64,000 nt of DNA from an uncultured Acidobacteriota bacterium (GTDB lineage Bacteria > Acidobacteriota > Polarisedimenticolia > J045): positions 15,007-79,006 of the forward strand of contig CAZOTT010000001.1 in assembly GCA_964582785.1 (NCBI GenBank), in the 5' to 3' direction. How positions within the stretch are numbered: the first letter of the stretch is position 1; each line of letters begins with the position of its first letter. Shown here one piece after another: positions 34,024 through 43,212 of this stretch. The translations under genes were made by a program, and so were the position numbers. The notes below the pieces were generated by a model. It ran no database searches, was not told the DNA's origin, and saw only the letters and a list, made by a program, of their open reading frames with translations.

Positions 34024-36519
34024 ATGTCGACCGAACCGACCGTCCGCCCGGCGGCCGTCCCGCCGGAGATCCCCGTCGAGCCGGTCCTCCACGCCCCGCG
34101 GGAAATCGTCGAGCTGCGCCGGGGGAACACCCGGGTGCTCCTCGACCCGGAGACCCCCCACTGGGTCGCGACCGACCCCCGGGGCGCCTCGATCCTCCTC
34201 GCCTTCCGGGACGGCGCCCGGCCCGACGACGTGGCCCGCCGCCTGGCGGAACGGGAAGGACTCCCCCTGGTCACCGCCCGGCTGCGGGTCGACGCGGTGG
34301 CCCGGGAGGCGCTCCGGTGCGGCTTCCTGGCGGAGGCCCCGCCGGTTCCCCTGCCCCACCTCGGGCGGGAGACCCTGCTGCCGGAGGGGCGGCTGGAAGA
34401 GTTCTGGGTCCACCTGAACGACGCCTGCAACCTGGCGTGCCGCCACTGCCTCGTCTCCTCCGGTCCCGGCGGGGACCCGGGGCTCCCCGGCGAGACGATC
34501 GCCGCCGCTCTCCGGGAGGCCCGGGAGCTGGGGGCCCGGACGTTCTGCTTCACCGGTGGAGAACCGCTCCTGCGGCCCGACTTCGCGGAGCTGGCCGCCG
34601 CCGCCCTCGAGGACCCGCGGGCCGAGCTGGCCGTCCTGACCAACGGCCTCCTGCTCCGGGAGGAGACGATCGCGTCCTGGCGGGGCCACCTCGACCTCGA
34701 GCGGATCCGCTTCCAGGTCAGCCTCGACGGGTCCTCCCCGGAGGTGAACGACCCGGTCCGCGGGCGCGGAAGCTTCGAGCGGATCGTGGCCGGGATCCGG
34801 GACGCCCTCGCGGCGGGGCTGGACGTGACGGTGACCACCACCGTCACCGGCCGCAACCTCCCGGACGTGCCCCGGGTGACCCGGCTCGTCGGGGAGCTGG
34901 GGGGGCGGACGCACCACCTGCTCTGGCTCCACCGCCGGGGCCGCGCCGCGGAGGCGGACGGCGCGCCGTCCCCGGCCGAGGTCCTGGGGGCCGTCCGGGC
35001 GGCGGCGGAGGCCGGCCGGGAGGCGGGGGTCACCGTGGACAACGTGGCGGCGGTCCGGGCCCGGGTGAACCACGAACCCGGCACCCGGAGGGACCTCTCG
35101 AGCGCCGCCGTGACGAACCTCTGCCTCCACCGGGACGGGGCGGTCTATCCCTCCGCGTCCCTCGTCGGGATCGAGGAGCTGCGGCTCGGCACGTTCGGGA
35201 AGCGTCCCCTCGGGGACCTGCTCCGGGCGAGCGAGGTCGCGCGCCGGTTCCGCCGGGCCTCCCTCGTCCGCAAGGAGGCCTGTCCCTCCTGCCCCGTGCG
35301 CTTCCTCTGCGGCGGGGGCGACGTGGAGCACGCCTGGCTCTGGGGCGGCAGTCTCGACGCGATGGACCCCTGGTGCGAGCTCCACCGGGGAATGACCGAG
35401 GACGCCCTGCTCGACCGGGCGGAGGAACGGGGCCGGGTCGGGGCCGGGCCGGAATCCGGGTGGACGGACCCCCGGCTCCTGACGTTCATGGGGGAAGGGT
35501 CCCACGCCTGCGGCAGCGGGGACGGGGACGAAGCGGGTCGCCTCGTCGTCTCGAGCTCGGAGTGCGTGCTCTCCTTCGAGCTGGACGCCACCCGGCGGAT
35601 CGTCCGGGAGTTCTACGGGAACGCCGCGGACCACCCGGAGGAGGACCTCTGCTGCCCCGTGCGGCCCCGCCCGACGGACATCGAGCACATCCCGCCGGGG
35701 GTGGTCGAGCGGTTCTACGGGTGCGGCTCCCCGGTAATCCAGGCCGACCCCCGGCCGGGGGAGACGACCCTCGACCTCGGTTCCGGGGCGGGCATCGACG
35801 TCTTCATCTGCGCCCGGCGCGTCGGCCCCGGGGGGCGGGCGCTCGGCGTCGACATGACCGACCGGATGCTGGCGGTCGCCGGGGAAGCCCGGAAGAAGGT
35901 CGCCGCGAACCTCGGTTACGACAACGTCGAGTTCCGGAAGGGGTTCCTCGAGGACCTGCCGGTGGAGGATGCGAGCGTCGACCTCGTCACCTCGAACTGC
36001 GTGATCAACCTGTCGCCGGACAAGCGCCGGGTGTTCCGGGAGATCTGGCGCGTGCTGCGCAACGGGGGGCGGTTCGTGGTCTCGGACATCGTCGCCGAGC
36101 GGGAGGTCCCCGCCGCGAAGCGGCAGGACCCCCGCCTGTGGGGCCAGTGCATCTCCGGCGCCCTGACCGAGGAGGAGTTCCTCGCCGCCCTGGAGCGGGC
36201 CGGGTTCCACGGGATCGAGGTCCTCGAGAAGTTCTTCTGGCGGGAGGTGGACGGGTACCGCTTCTTCTCCGTGACGGTGCGGGGCTGGCGCCACGACCGG
36301 GGGGAGGTGTCGGAGGGCGGGAAGGAAACCGCCGTCTACCTCGGGCCGCACCGGGCGGTGGTGGACGACCAGGGGATCTTCTTCCCGCGGGGCGTTCCCG
36401 TCCCGGTGGACGCGGCGACGGCCGACCGCCTGCGCCGGCCGCCCTACGCCGGCCGTTTCCAGGTGGGCGAGGTGGCGCCGAAACCGGGGCGGGGGGACTG
36501 CGGCTGCCGGAACTGCTGA
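34024..36519 (+). CDS. Tripartite fusion protein (831 aa): N-terminal PqqD-like (RRE-like) segment, radical-SAM core with SPASM-type auxiliary Cys cluster, and a C-terminal ArsM/AS3MT-family As(III) SAM-methyltransferase domain.
   Basis: RBS GGAGGG. rSAM signature CNLACRHC plus FTGGEPLL. SPASM-like CPSCPVRFLCGGGD...WCELH. ArsM hallmarks LCCPVRP...RFYGCG, LDLGSGAGID, SNCVINLSPDK, LWGQCISGAL and a C-terminal GDCGCRNC. Followed by a strong terminator. Confidence 0.75.
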   Translation: MSTEPTVRPAAVPPEIPVEPVLHAPREIVELRRGNTRVLLDPETPHWVATDPRGASILLAFRDGARPDDVARRLAEREGLPLVTARLRVDAVAREALRCGFLAEAPPVPLPHLGRETLLPEGRLEEFWVHLNDACNLACRHCLVSSGPGGDPGLPGETIAAALREARELGARTFCFTGGEPLLRPDFAELAAAALEDPRAELAVLTNGLLLREETIASWRGHLDLERIRFQVSLDGSSPEVNDPVRGRGSFERIVAGIRDALAAGLDVTVTTTVTGRNLPDVPRVTRLVGELGGRTHHLLWLHRRGRAAEADGAPSPAEVLGAVRAAAEAGREAGVTVDNVAAVRARVNHEPGTRRDLSSAAVTNLCLHRDGAVYPSASLVGIEELRLGTFGKRPLGDLLRASEVARRFRRASLVRKEACPSCPVRFLCGGGDVEHAWLWGGSLDAMDPWCELHRGMTEDALLDRAEERGRVGAGPESGWTDPRLLTFMGEGSHACGSGDGDEAGRLVVSSSECVLSFELDATRRIVREFYGNAADHPEEDLCCPVRPRPTDIEHIPPGVVERFYGCGSPVIQADPRPGETTLDLGSGAGIDVFICARRVGPGGRALGVDMTDRMLAVAGEARKKVAANLGYDNVEFRKGFLEDLPVEDASVDLVTSNCVINLSPDKRRVFREIWRVLRNGGRFVVSDIVAEREVPAAKRQDPRLWGQCISGALTEEEFLAALERAGFHGIEVLEKFFWREVDGYRFFSVTVRGWRHDRGEVSEGGKETAVYLGPHRAVVDDQGIFFPRGVPVPVDAATADRLRRPPYAGRFQVGEVAPKPGRGDCGCRNC

Positions 36520-36553
36520 CCGGCCAGCCCCGTTCGTCGGCGTTCGACGGTTC

Positions 36554-36605
36554 CCGGCCCGGCCGCCGGAAGTTGTCCGGCCGGGCCGGTGCGGTTACTT
36601 TTCTG
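36554..36605 (+). terminator. Intrinsic terminator: stem of at least 12 bp (ccggcccggccg / cggccgggccgg) followed by TTACTTTTCT.
   Basis: Inverted repeat plus T-tract immediately after the rSAM-ArsM stop. Confidence 0.55.
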
Positions 36606-36610
36606 GTGCC

Positions 36611-37486
36611 ATGTTCCCCTCCCCGCGCTCCCCGCGGGGACCGGCCCTCGTGGTCCTGGTCCTCGCCGGTCTCGCCTCGACGTTCGCCGCGGGCGCGGGG
36701 ATCCCCGCCGCTCACCCGCGGGTGGAAATCCGGACCAGCGCCGGGTCCTTCGTCGCCGAGCTGTTCCCCGAGTACGCCCCGCGGAACGTGGAGCTCTTCC
36801 TCGAGCGGGCGGGCCTGCGCCCGGCCCGCGAGGGTGTCGGGCGCCTCGCCGGCAGCACGGTCTGCGCCAGCTGGCCCCACGGCTACCTGGTCTTCGGCTG
36901 CCTGCCCCCCGTCCCGGGCCGCCCGTCCCGGCCGGTCCCGGAGCGGGTGGGGGTCCCGGACGAGATCGACGGGGTCGCGATGGGCCTCGGAAACGAGACC
37001 CTGAACGACCCGGCCCGGGTCGACCTCCTCTGGCAGCTCGAACTGTGGCCCCGGCTCCTGGCCCTCGAGCAGTCCGGGCGGCCGGTCCCGGCGGGGCTGG
37101 CCCGGCTCGCCGCCCGGATCCGCCGGGAGGGCCCCGGCGCGTCCCGGGCCATCCTCGGGTGGAGCCGGCTGAAACTGCTGGAGGCCGCGGGGTGGCACTG
37201 GACCCCGGGAGGTTCCCCCCTCCGGGTCCGGCGGGGAATCCTGGCGACCGCGGCCCGCTGGCCCGGGGAGGCGGACGCCCGCTTTCTCGTGGCGCTCGCC
37301 GACCTCCCGGAGCGGGACGGGCGCGCGACCGCCTGGGGACGGGTCGTCTCCGGCTGGGACACCCTGGAGGCGATCGCCCGCCTGCCCCTCGACGGCGAGC
37401 ACCGGCCCCGGCAACAGGTCACCATCCTCGGCTTCCGGGAGCTTTCCGCTCCCGTGGGCCCCACCACGGAGACGATCCCGCGATGA
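36611..37486 (+). CDS. Cyclophilin-type peptidyl-prolyl cis-trans isomerase, secreted. The start codon is uncertain.
   Basis: Signal peptide ...GPALVVLVLAGLASTFAAGA. ...EIRTSAGSFVAELFPEYAPRNVELFLERAG...GYLVFG... is cyclophilin-like. There is no good RBS at the track start. Confidence 0.55.
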   Translation: MFPSPRSPRGPALVVLVLAGLASTFAAGAGIPAAHPRVEIRTSAGSFVAELFPEYAPRNVELFLERAGLRPAREGVGRLAGSTVCASWPHGYLVFGCLPPVPGRPSRPVPERVGVPDEIDGVAMGLGNETLNDPARVDLLWQLELWPRLLALEQSGRPVPAGLARLAARIRREGPGASRAILGWSRLKLLEAAGWHWTPGGSPLRVRRGILATAARWPGEADARFLVALADLPERDGRATAWGRVVSGWDTLEAIARLPLDGEHRPRQQVTILGFRELSAPVGPTTETIPR

Positions 37487-39474
37487 CCGCTCGCTCCCTC
37501 CCGGTCCCCCTCCTTCTGCTCCCGGCCCTCCTCCTGCCCGCCGGGGCCCGGCCTCCCCACCCCGACTCCGGGACCGCCCGGGCAGGCTGGGCCCCGGTGG
37601 CCGCCCGGGTGGGGCGGCCTTCGGTCCACGACCTCGGGCCGGTCCGGTTGCGCGATCTCCCGCCGCACGTGCCGCAACCGGGCCGCGCCCCCGTGCTGGT
37701 TCCCAACGTGTTCCCGGAGCCGGCCGAGATCCCGGGGGATCGCCCCGGCCGGCGGGAACCGGCGGCCGGCGGGGGGAACGGGGACGAACGCCTGGTCCTC
37801 GTCGAAGCCCCCGGCCCGGCCCCGTCTCCCGCGGCCACCGGCGCGTCCTTCCCCGCGATCGACGTCCGCTTCGACGGTCCCTACGACGGCGGCGTCGCCC
37901 CCCCGGACCCGGTGATGGCCCCGGGCAGCCGGCACGTGGTCGTCCTGGTCAACCTGGTGATGGCCGTGTACGACAGGCAGGGAACCCGGCTGTCGGGACC
38001 GACCTCCCTCCGGTCCTTCTTCGGCATCCCCGCCGGCTTCAACGTGTTCGACCCGGTGGCGGTTCCCGACCCGTTCCGCGACCGGTTCGTGGTCGGCGTG
38101 GCGGCCCGGAAGGCGGCGGACCAGGACTCGCGGATCTACCTCGCCTTTTCCGACGGGAACGACGCCACCGGCACCTGGCACCGCTTCTGGATCGACGCCG
38201 ACGCCGGCCAGGACGGGAACTGGGCCGACTACCCGGCGATCGGCCTCGACCGGCTCGCCGTCTACGTGACGGCGAACATGTTCAGCGCCTCGGACGCCTA
38301 CCGGAACGCCACCCTGTTCATCGTCGACAAGGACGCGGCCTACGCCGGCCAGGACCCCGCCGTGACGACCCTGATCGATGTCCGCACTTCGGGGGGCGGC
38401 TCCCCCTACCGGCTGCGTCCCGCCTACGTCCCGGCCGCGACCCCGGGCGACGCCTACTTCCTCGTCTACGGGAACAACGCCTTCGCCAGCAGCTTCGAGA
38501 TCTTCCGCCTGACGGGGGACCGGTTCGCGAACCCGTCCCTTTCCGCCAGCCCGGTCGGGTTGCCCGGCTCGTACTTCGCCCCCGGGGACGCGAACCAGCC
38601 GGGGGAGACCGGGGTCCCGACCCTCGGGGCGAACCCGTGGAACGTCTTCTGGCGCAGTGACGGGACGCTGTGGACCGCCCAGGCGATCAGCGGCAGCGGC
38701 CAGATCGCGGTCTGGGTGCACGAGTTCGACGTCTCGGGGACGACGCCGACGCGGGTGCGGACCTGGGAACTGTCGGTCCCGGGGGAGGACTCCTACTTTC
38801 CCCACGTCGTCCCGGATACCGAGGACGACGACTTCGCGCTGCTGACCGCCTTCTCCGGGGACGACACCTACGTCACGGGGCGGTACTGGAACGTCGGGGC
38901 GGACGGTTCCGTGCGGGCGGCGGAGCTGCTCGTCGAGGGAACCCGGGTGAACGGCTCCGGCCGGCACGGCGACTACTTCGCGATGTACCCGGACCCGTCG
39001 GACCGCAACCGGGTCTGGATGATCGCCCAGTACATGAAGAACAGCTCCTTCTCGGGCAACTCGATCGTCGCCTCGGTTCCCTTCGAGGAGGCCGCTCCAC
39101 CGCCCTCCCCGCCCCCCGTTCCCGACGGAAAGGACGTGGCGGGCGAGGAGGTACACGTCCGCCGGAACGGCGACGGCACCCTGACGGTCACCTGGGACGC
39201 CTCCACCTGCCCCGCGCCCGGCAATCACCTGGTCTGGTACGACCTCGGGGCGATCGCTTCCTACCAGGTCACCGCCGAGACGTGCGCCGTCGGGACCAGC
39301 GGCTCGTGGACCGGGAACGCCCCCGCCGGCAACGTGGCCGTGATCGTCGTCTCGGACGACGACGCCACGGTCGAGGGGTCCCACGGTGTCGACTCCGCCG
39401 GGAACGAGCGCCCGTCGGTGTCCTCGTCCTGCGGCTTCACCTCGAAGGACACCTCCGGCACCTGCACCCCCTAG
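37483..39474 (+). CDS. Secreted hypothetical protein (663 aa) with a Cys-containing C-terminal tail. ATGA overlap with the cyclophilin gene.
   Basis: Signal peptide MTARSLPVPLLLLPALLLPAGA. GC3 bias throughout. No heme or other recognisable motifs. Confidence 0.55.
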   Translation: MTARSLPVPLLLLPALLLPAGARPPHPDSGTARAGWAPVAARVGRPSVHDLGPVRLRDLPPHVPQPGRAPVLVPNVFPEPAEIPGDRPGRREPAAGGGNGDERLVLVEAPGPAPSPAATGASFPAIDVRFDGPYDGGVAPPDPVMAPGSRHVVVLVNLVMAVYDRQGTRLSGPTSLRSFFGIPAGFNVFDPVAVPDPFRDRFVVGVAARKAADQDSRIYLAFSDGNDATGTWHRFWIDADAGQDGNWADYPAIGLDRLAVYVTANMFSASDAYRNATLFIVDKDAAYAGQDPAVTTLIDVRTSGGGSPYRLRPAYVPAATPGDAYFLVYGNNAFASSFEIFRLTGDRFANPSLSASPVGLPGSYFAPGDANQPGETGVPTLGANPWNVFWRSDGTLWTAQAISGSGQIAVWVHEFDVSGTTPTRVRTWELSVPGEDSYFPHVVPDTEDDDFALLTAFSGDDTYVTGRYWNVGADGSVRAAELLVEGTRVNGSGRHGDYFAMYPDPSDRNRVWMIAQYMKNSSFSGNSIVASVPFEEAAPPPSPPPVPDGKDVAGEEVHVRRNGDGTLTVTWDASTCPAPGNHLVWYDLGAIASYQVTAETCAVGTSGSWTGNAPAGNVAVIVVSDDDATVEGSHGVDSAGNERPSVSSSCGFTSKDTSGTCTP

Positions 39475-39514
39475 GGGCGGTATCCTTGGCGCCTTCCGGG
39501 ACGGGAGGACGCGG

Positions 39515-40183
39515 GTGGATGCGTGGTTCCGGTGCGGGCCGCTGACGGCCCGCCGCGGGGATGGCCGACCCCTGTTCGCGGGCGTGACGGTGCGCCTCGC
39601 GGAGGGAACGTTCGCGCTCCTGGCGGGGCCCTCGGGCGCGGGGAAGACGACCCTGCTGCGGGCCATCGCGGGCCTGGACCCGGCGGAGGGGGCCGGGCGG
39701 TTTCTCGCGGGCCACGCCTACCCGGACCACGACCTGCCCGCCTGGCGGGCCCGGGTCACCTGGATCGCCCAGGACGCCCCGATGCTCCCCGGGACGGTGC
39801 GGGACAACCTCGCCTTTCCCTTCTCTCTGCGGGCGGGCCGGGGCCGGCGCCTCGACGAGGAGCACGCGCGCGGGCTGCTCGCCGAGGTCGGTCTCGCGGA
39901 CCTGCCCTGGGAGCGGGACGCCCGGGAGATCTCCGGCGGGGAACGCCACCGGCTGGCCCTCGTCCGGGCCATGCTCTGGGACCCCCCGGTGCTCCTCGCC
40001 GACGAGCCCCTCACGGGCCTCGATCCGCCCCGGGCCCGGACGTGCCGGGACCTGCTCCTTTCCTGGGCCCGCCGGCCGGGCCACGCGGCCCTGGTCGTGC
40101 TCCACGACCCGGAGCTCGGGCGGGACGCGGACCGCCGCCTGGTGCTCGCCGGGGGACGGCTCCGGGAGGAGGCCCCCCGGTGA
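39515..40183 (+). CDS. ABC transporter ATP-binding protein (FetA/YbbL-like).
   Basis: GTG start with RBS GGGAGGA. Walker A GPSGAGKTT. ABC signature ISGGERHRLAL. Walker B LLADEP. Confidence 0.75.
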   Translation: MDAWFRCGPLTARRGDGRPLFAGVTVRLAEGTFALLAGPSGAGKTTLLRAIAGLDPAEGAGRFLAGHAYPDHDLPAWRARVTWIAQDAPMLPGTVRDNLAFPFSLRAGRGRRLDEEHARGLLAEVGLADLPWERDAREISGGERHRLALVRAMLWDPPVLLADEPLTGLDPPRARTCRDLLLSWARRPGHAALVVLHDPELGRDADRRLVLAGGRLREEAPR

Positions 40184-40980
40184 TCCGGCTCGGGTTCCCG
40201 GACCTGCTCCTCGCCACCGGGCTGGTCGTGCTCGCCGGCGGGATCTCCCTCACCCTCCGCCTCGGGATCGGGCGCCGCCTCGCCTGGGTCTCCCTGCGGA
40301 CGGCCGTCCAGCTCGGCCTCCTGGGGCTGGTCCTCGAGCGGATCTTCGCCCTGCGCCACCCCCTGCCGGTGCTGGGGCTGCTCCTCCTGATGACCGCCTT
40401 TGCCGCCCGGGAGGCGGTGGCCCGCTCCTCCCGCCGGTACCCCGGGATCCACCTCGACGCCTGGCTGGCCATCGCGGTCGCGGCCTCCGTCGTCGGCGGG
40501 ATCGTCACCCAGGTCGTCGTCGGCGCCCGCCCGTGGTATGCCCCCCGCTACGTCATCCCCCTCGTCGGCATGATCCTCGGCAACTCCCTCACCGGGATCT
40601 CCCTCTGCCTCGACCGCTTCCTCGAGCACCTGGACGCCCGGCGCGGCGAGATCGAGCTGCGGCTCGCGTTCGGGGCGACCCGCCGGGAGGCGCTGGCCGA
40701 CCCCCTCCGGGCCGCCGTCCGGACCGGGCTGGTCCCGATCATGAACGCGATGGCGGCGGCGGGGATCGTGTCCCTGCCCGGGATGATGACCGGCCAGATC
40801 GTCGCGGGCGCCCCGCCCCTCCAGGCCGTGGCGTACCAGCTCGTCGTCATGTTCATGCTGGCCGCGGCGGCGGCCCTCGGCGCCATGATCGTCGCGGTGC
40901 TCGCCGCCCTGCGCCGGACCCGGCCGGACGGGTCCCTCCGGCGGGATCCGCGGGGAAAGAAACCCCGATCCCGGGCGTAG
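40180..40980 (+). CDS. ABC transporter permease (FetB/YbbM, UPF0014 family).
   Basis: GTGA overlap with the ATPase gene. Multi-TM (VIRLGFPDLLLATGLVVLAGGISL...). Confidence 0.7.
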   Translation: MIRLGFPDLLLATGLVVLAGGISLTLRLGIGRRLAWVSLRTAVQLGLLGLVLERIFALRHPLPVLGLLLLMTAFAAREAVARSSRRYPGIHLDAWLAIAVAASVVGGIVTQVVVGARPWYAPRYVIPLVGMILGNSLTGISLCLDRFLEHLDARRGEIELRLAFGATRREALADPLRAAVRTGLVPIMNAMAAAGIVSLPGMMTGQIVAGAPPLQAVAYQLVVMFMLAAAAALGAMIVAVLAALRRTRPDGSLRRDPRGKKPRSRA

Positions 40981-41030
40981 ACTCCGGGGGAAGGGAACCG
41001 GCGGGGAGGACACCCCCCGGAGGAGGCACG

Positions 41031-41324
41031 ATGGCGGCGGGAACGGCGGGAACGGGCGGCGGTGCGACGGCCGCCGCGGCGGCGGTCATCCGGGCGATCC
41101 GCGCGGCGGGGGTGATCGTCCGGGTCGAGGAACGGGAGTTCCGCGCGATCCTCGAGCGCCAGGAGGCCCCCCTCGTGGTGACCGCCCCGGCGGGCTTCCT
41201 CGGCCGGAAGCGGGCCTGGCTGACCACCTGGCGGGGCCTCGCCTTCCACTGCGTGACGGGAGAGGAGATCCCCCTTCCCGGGACGGCCGTCGTGGTGGCC
41301 GCGCGCCGGCTCTGGGTACCCTGA
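41031..41324 (+). CDS. Hypothetical small protein (97 aa).
   Basis: RBS GGAGGAGG. MAAGTAGTGGGATAAAAAVIRAIRAAGVIVRVEEREF.... Confidence 0.4.
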   Translation: MAAGTAGTGGGATAAAAAVIRAIRAAGVIVRVEEREFRAILERQEAPLVVTAPAGFLGRKRAWLTTWRGLAFHCVTGEEIPLPGTAVVVAARRLWVP

Positions 41325-41403
41325 GCCGCCCCCCTTCCCCGGCGGGGACGAAACACCCGGCCGGGCCCGTGCCGGGCGGGCACGGGTGTCCGTCCCCCGG
41401 TCC

Positions 41404-41889
41404 CTATGCCTCCGCCTGCAGCTCGTCCAGCTTCGCCAGCACCTTCCCCGCGTGGCCGGCCGCCCGGACGTTCTTCCAGTGCCAGGCCACCTTGCCGGAC
41501 GGGTCGATGAGGACCGTCGAGCGGATCGTCCCCTCGACCTCCTTCCCGTAGCGCTTCCTGGGTCCCCAGGCGCCGTACTTCTCCATCACCCGGTGGGCCG
41601 GGTCCGAGAGGAGCGGGATCCCGAGCCCGTGCTTCTCGGCGAACCGGCAGTGACTGTCCAGGGAGTCGGTGCTGCACCCGAGGACGACGGCGTTCCGCCG
41701 CGAGAATTCCGGCAGCAGCCGGGTGAACTCGATCGCCTCGGTGGTGCAGCCCGAGGTGTTGTCCCGGGGGTAGAAGTAGAGGACGACCCACTTCCCGGCC
41801 AGGTCGCGGAGCGCGACCTTCGACCCGTCGTGGGCCGGCAGGGTGAACCGGGGGGCCTTCTTCCCGACCTCGATCTTCGCCTCGGCCAT
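41404..41889 (-). CDS. bcp: Peroxiredoxin Bcp (thiol peroxidase).
   Basis: MAEAKIEVGKKAPRFTLPAHDGSKVALRDLAGKWVVLYFYPRDNTSGCTTEA.... Confidence 0.85.
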   Translation of the reverse strand: MAEAKIEVGKKAPRFTLPAHDGSKVALRDLAGKWVVLYFYPRDNTSGCTTEAIEFTRLLPEFSRRNAVVLGCSTDSLDSHCRFAEKHGLGIPLLSDPAHRVMEKYGAWGPRKRYGKEVEGTIRSTVLIDPSGKVAWHWKNVRAAGHAGKVLAKLDELQAEA

Positions 41890-41947
41890 GGCAACCTCCT
41901 TCCCGCCGTGGGGCGGAACAGGAGGATAAACCGGGCGGTACAACCTG

Positions 41948-42952
41948 TCAGCCGACCAGGAGGTCCCCGGCGACGACCACGACGGCGGCGCCGTCGAACC
42001 GTCCCGCCCGCAGGTCGTCGAGGGCCTGCCCCGCCCGTTCCAGGGGATACGGCACCGGGCGCGTCCGGACCGGAACCCGGGGGGCCAGGGCGAGGAACTC
42101 GATCCCGTCCCGCCGGGTCAGGTTGGCCACCGAGACCACCTCGCGCTCTTCCCACAGGATCTCGTAGGGGAAGGCCGGGATCTCCGACATGTAGATGCCG
42201 CCGCAGACGACGCGCCCCCCCTTTCGCACGTCGCGCAGGGCCTTCGGCAGCAGGGAACCGACCGGGGCGAAGAGGATCGCCGCGTCCAGGGGCTCCGGGG
42301 GGTCCTGGTCCGACCCGCCCGCCCACTCGGCGCCCATTTCCCGGGCGAAGGCGGCACCCCGCTCGTCCCCGGGCCGGACGAAAGCGAAGACCCGCCTGTC
42401 CTCGTACCGGGCCACCTGGCAGATCACGTGGGCCGCCGCGCCGAACCCGTAGAAGCCGATCGTCTCGGCATCCCCGGTGAAGCGGTAGGAGCGGTAGCCG
42501 ATCAGGCCCGCGCAGAGCAGGGGGGCCGCCTGGAGGTCCGGGTACTCCCCGGGGATCGGGAAGGCGTACCGGTGATCGGCGACGGTGTACTCGGCGAACC
42601 CCCCGTCCAGGTGGTAGCCGGTGAACCGCGCCCGGTCGCAGAGGTTCTCCCGGCCGGAGCGGCAGTAGCGGCATTCCCCGCAGGTCCAGCCGAGCCAGGG
42701 AATCCCGACCCGGTCCCCGACGGCGAACCCCTCGACCCCCTCCCCGAGCGCCGTGACGTGGCCCACCACCTGGTGCCCGAGGACCAGCGGCAGCTTCGGG
42801 TCGGGCAGTTCCCCGTCCACGACGTGAAGATCCGTCCGGCAGACACCGCAGGCGTGGACCCGGACCTGGACCTGGCCGGGCCCCGGCTCCGGCACCGGGA
42901 TCCCGGCCATTCGCAGGGGCCTCCCCGGCCCCTCGAAGAGCATCGCGCGCAT
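41948..42952 (-). CDS. Zinc-dependent alcohol dehydrogenase family oxidoreductase.
   Basis: MRAMLFEGPGRPLRMAGIPVPEPGPGQVQVRVHACGVCRTDLHVVDGE...GHQVVGHV...CGECRYCRSGRENLC. Confidence 0.85.
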   Translation of the reverse strand: MRAMLFEGPGRPLRMAGIPVPEPGPGQVQVRVHACGVCRTDLHVVDGELPDPKLPLVLGHQVVGHVTALGEGVEGFAVGDRVGIPWLGWTCGECRYCRSGRENLCDRARFTGYHLDGGFAEYTVADHRYAFPIPGEYPDLQAAPLLCAGLIGYRSYRFTGDAETIGFYGFGAAAHVICQVARYEDRRVFAFVRPGDERGAAFAREMGAEWAGGSDQDPPEPLDAAILFAPVGSLLPKALRDVRKGGRVVCGGIYMSEIPAFPYEILWEEREVVSVANLTRRDGIEFLALAPRVPVRTRPVPYPLERAGQALDDLRAGRFDGAAVVVVAGDLLVG

Positions 42953-43212
42953 CCCGTCACCTCCCCCGGTCCGCACCGGGGACCGGGTTCCAGTGTGCGC
43001 CCCGACCCGGGACGATACAACCGGCCGGGATCCCCGGGGAACGGGGGCCGCCCCCGCGTCGCGGGCCGGCGGGAGGCGAACCGGCCCGGCACACCGCCGG
43101 GAGCGCCTCTGCCCGGATCGTACCCGGGCCGGTCTTGACTCCTCCGGCCCCGTCACCCAGATATGACCCCGGGACGGACGCCGGCCGTCCGCACCCGCGA
43201 AGGAGGAAAACG

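Noticed and set aside
31062-37004. 1980-aa plus-strand ORF
   Set aside because: It spans the end of the G1PDH-like gene, the whole DUF5916 gene (opposite strand), the rSAM-ArsM gene (different frame) and the cyclophilin gene. Its translation is low-complexity Pro/Arg/Gly. It is a high-GC artefact.
43135-43165. sigma70 promoter for the hemerythrin gene (TTGACT plus downstream cagatat)
   Set aside because: The -35 is good, but no acceptable -10 hexamer (TAnnnT) lies at 16-19 bp spacing. Not reported as a feature.
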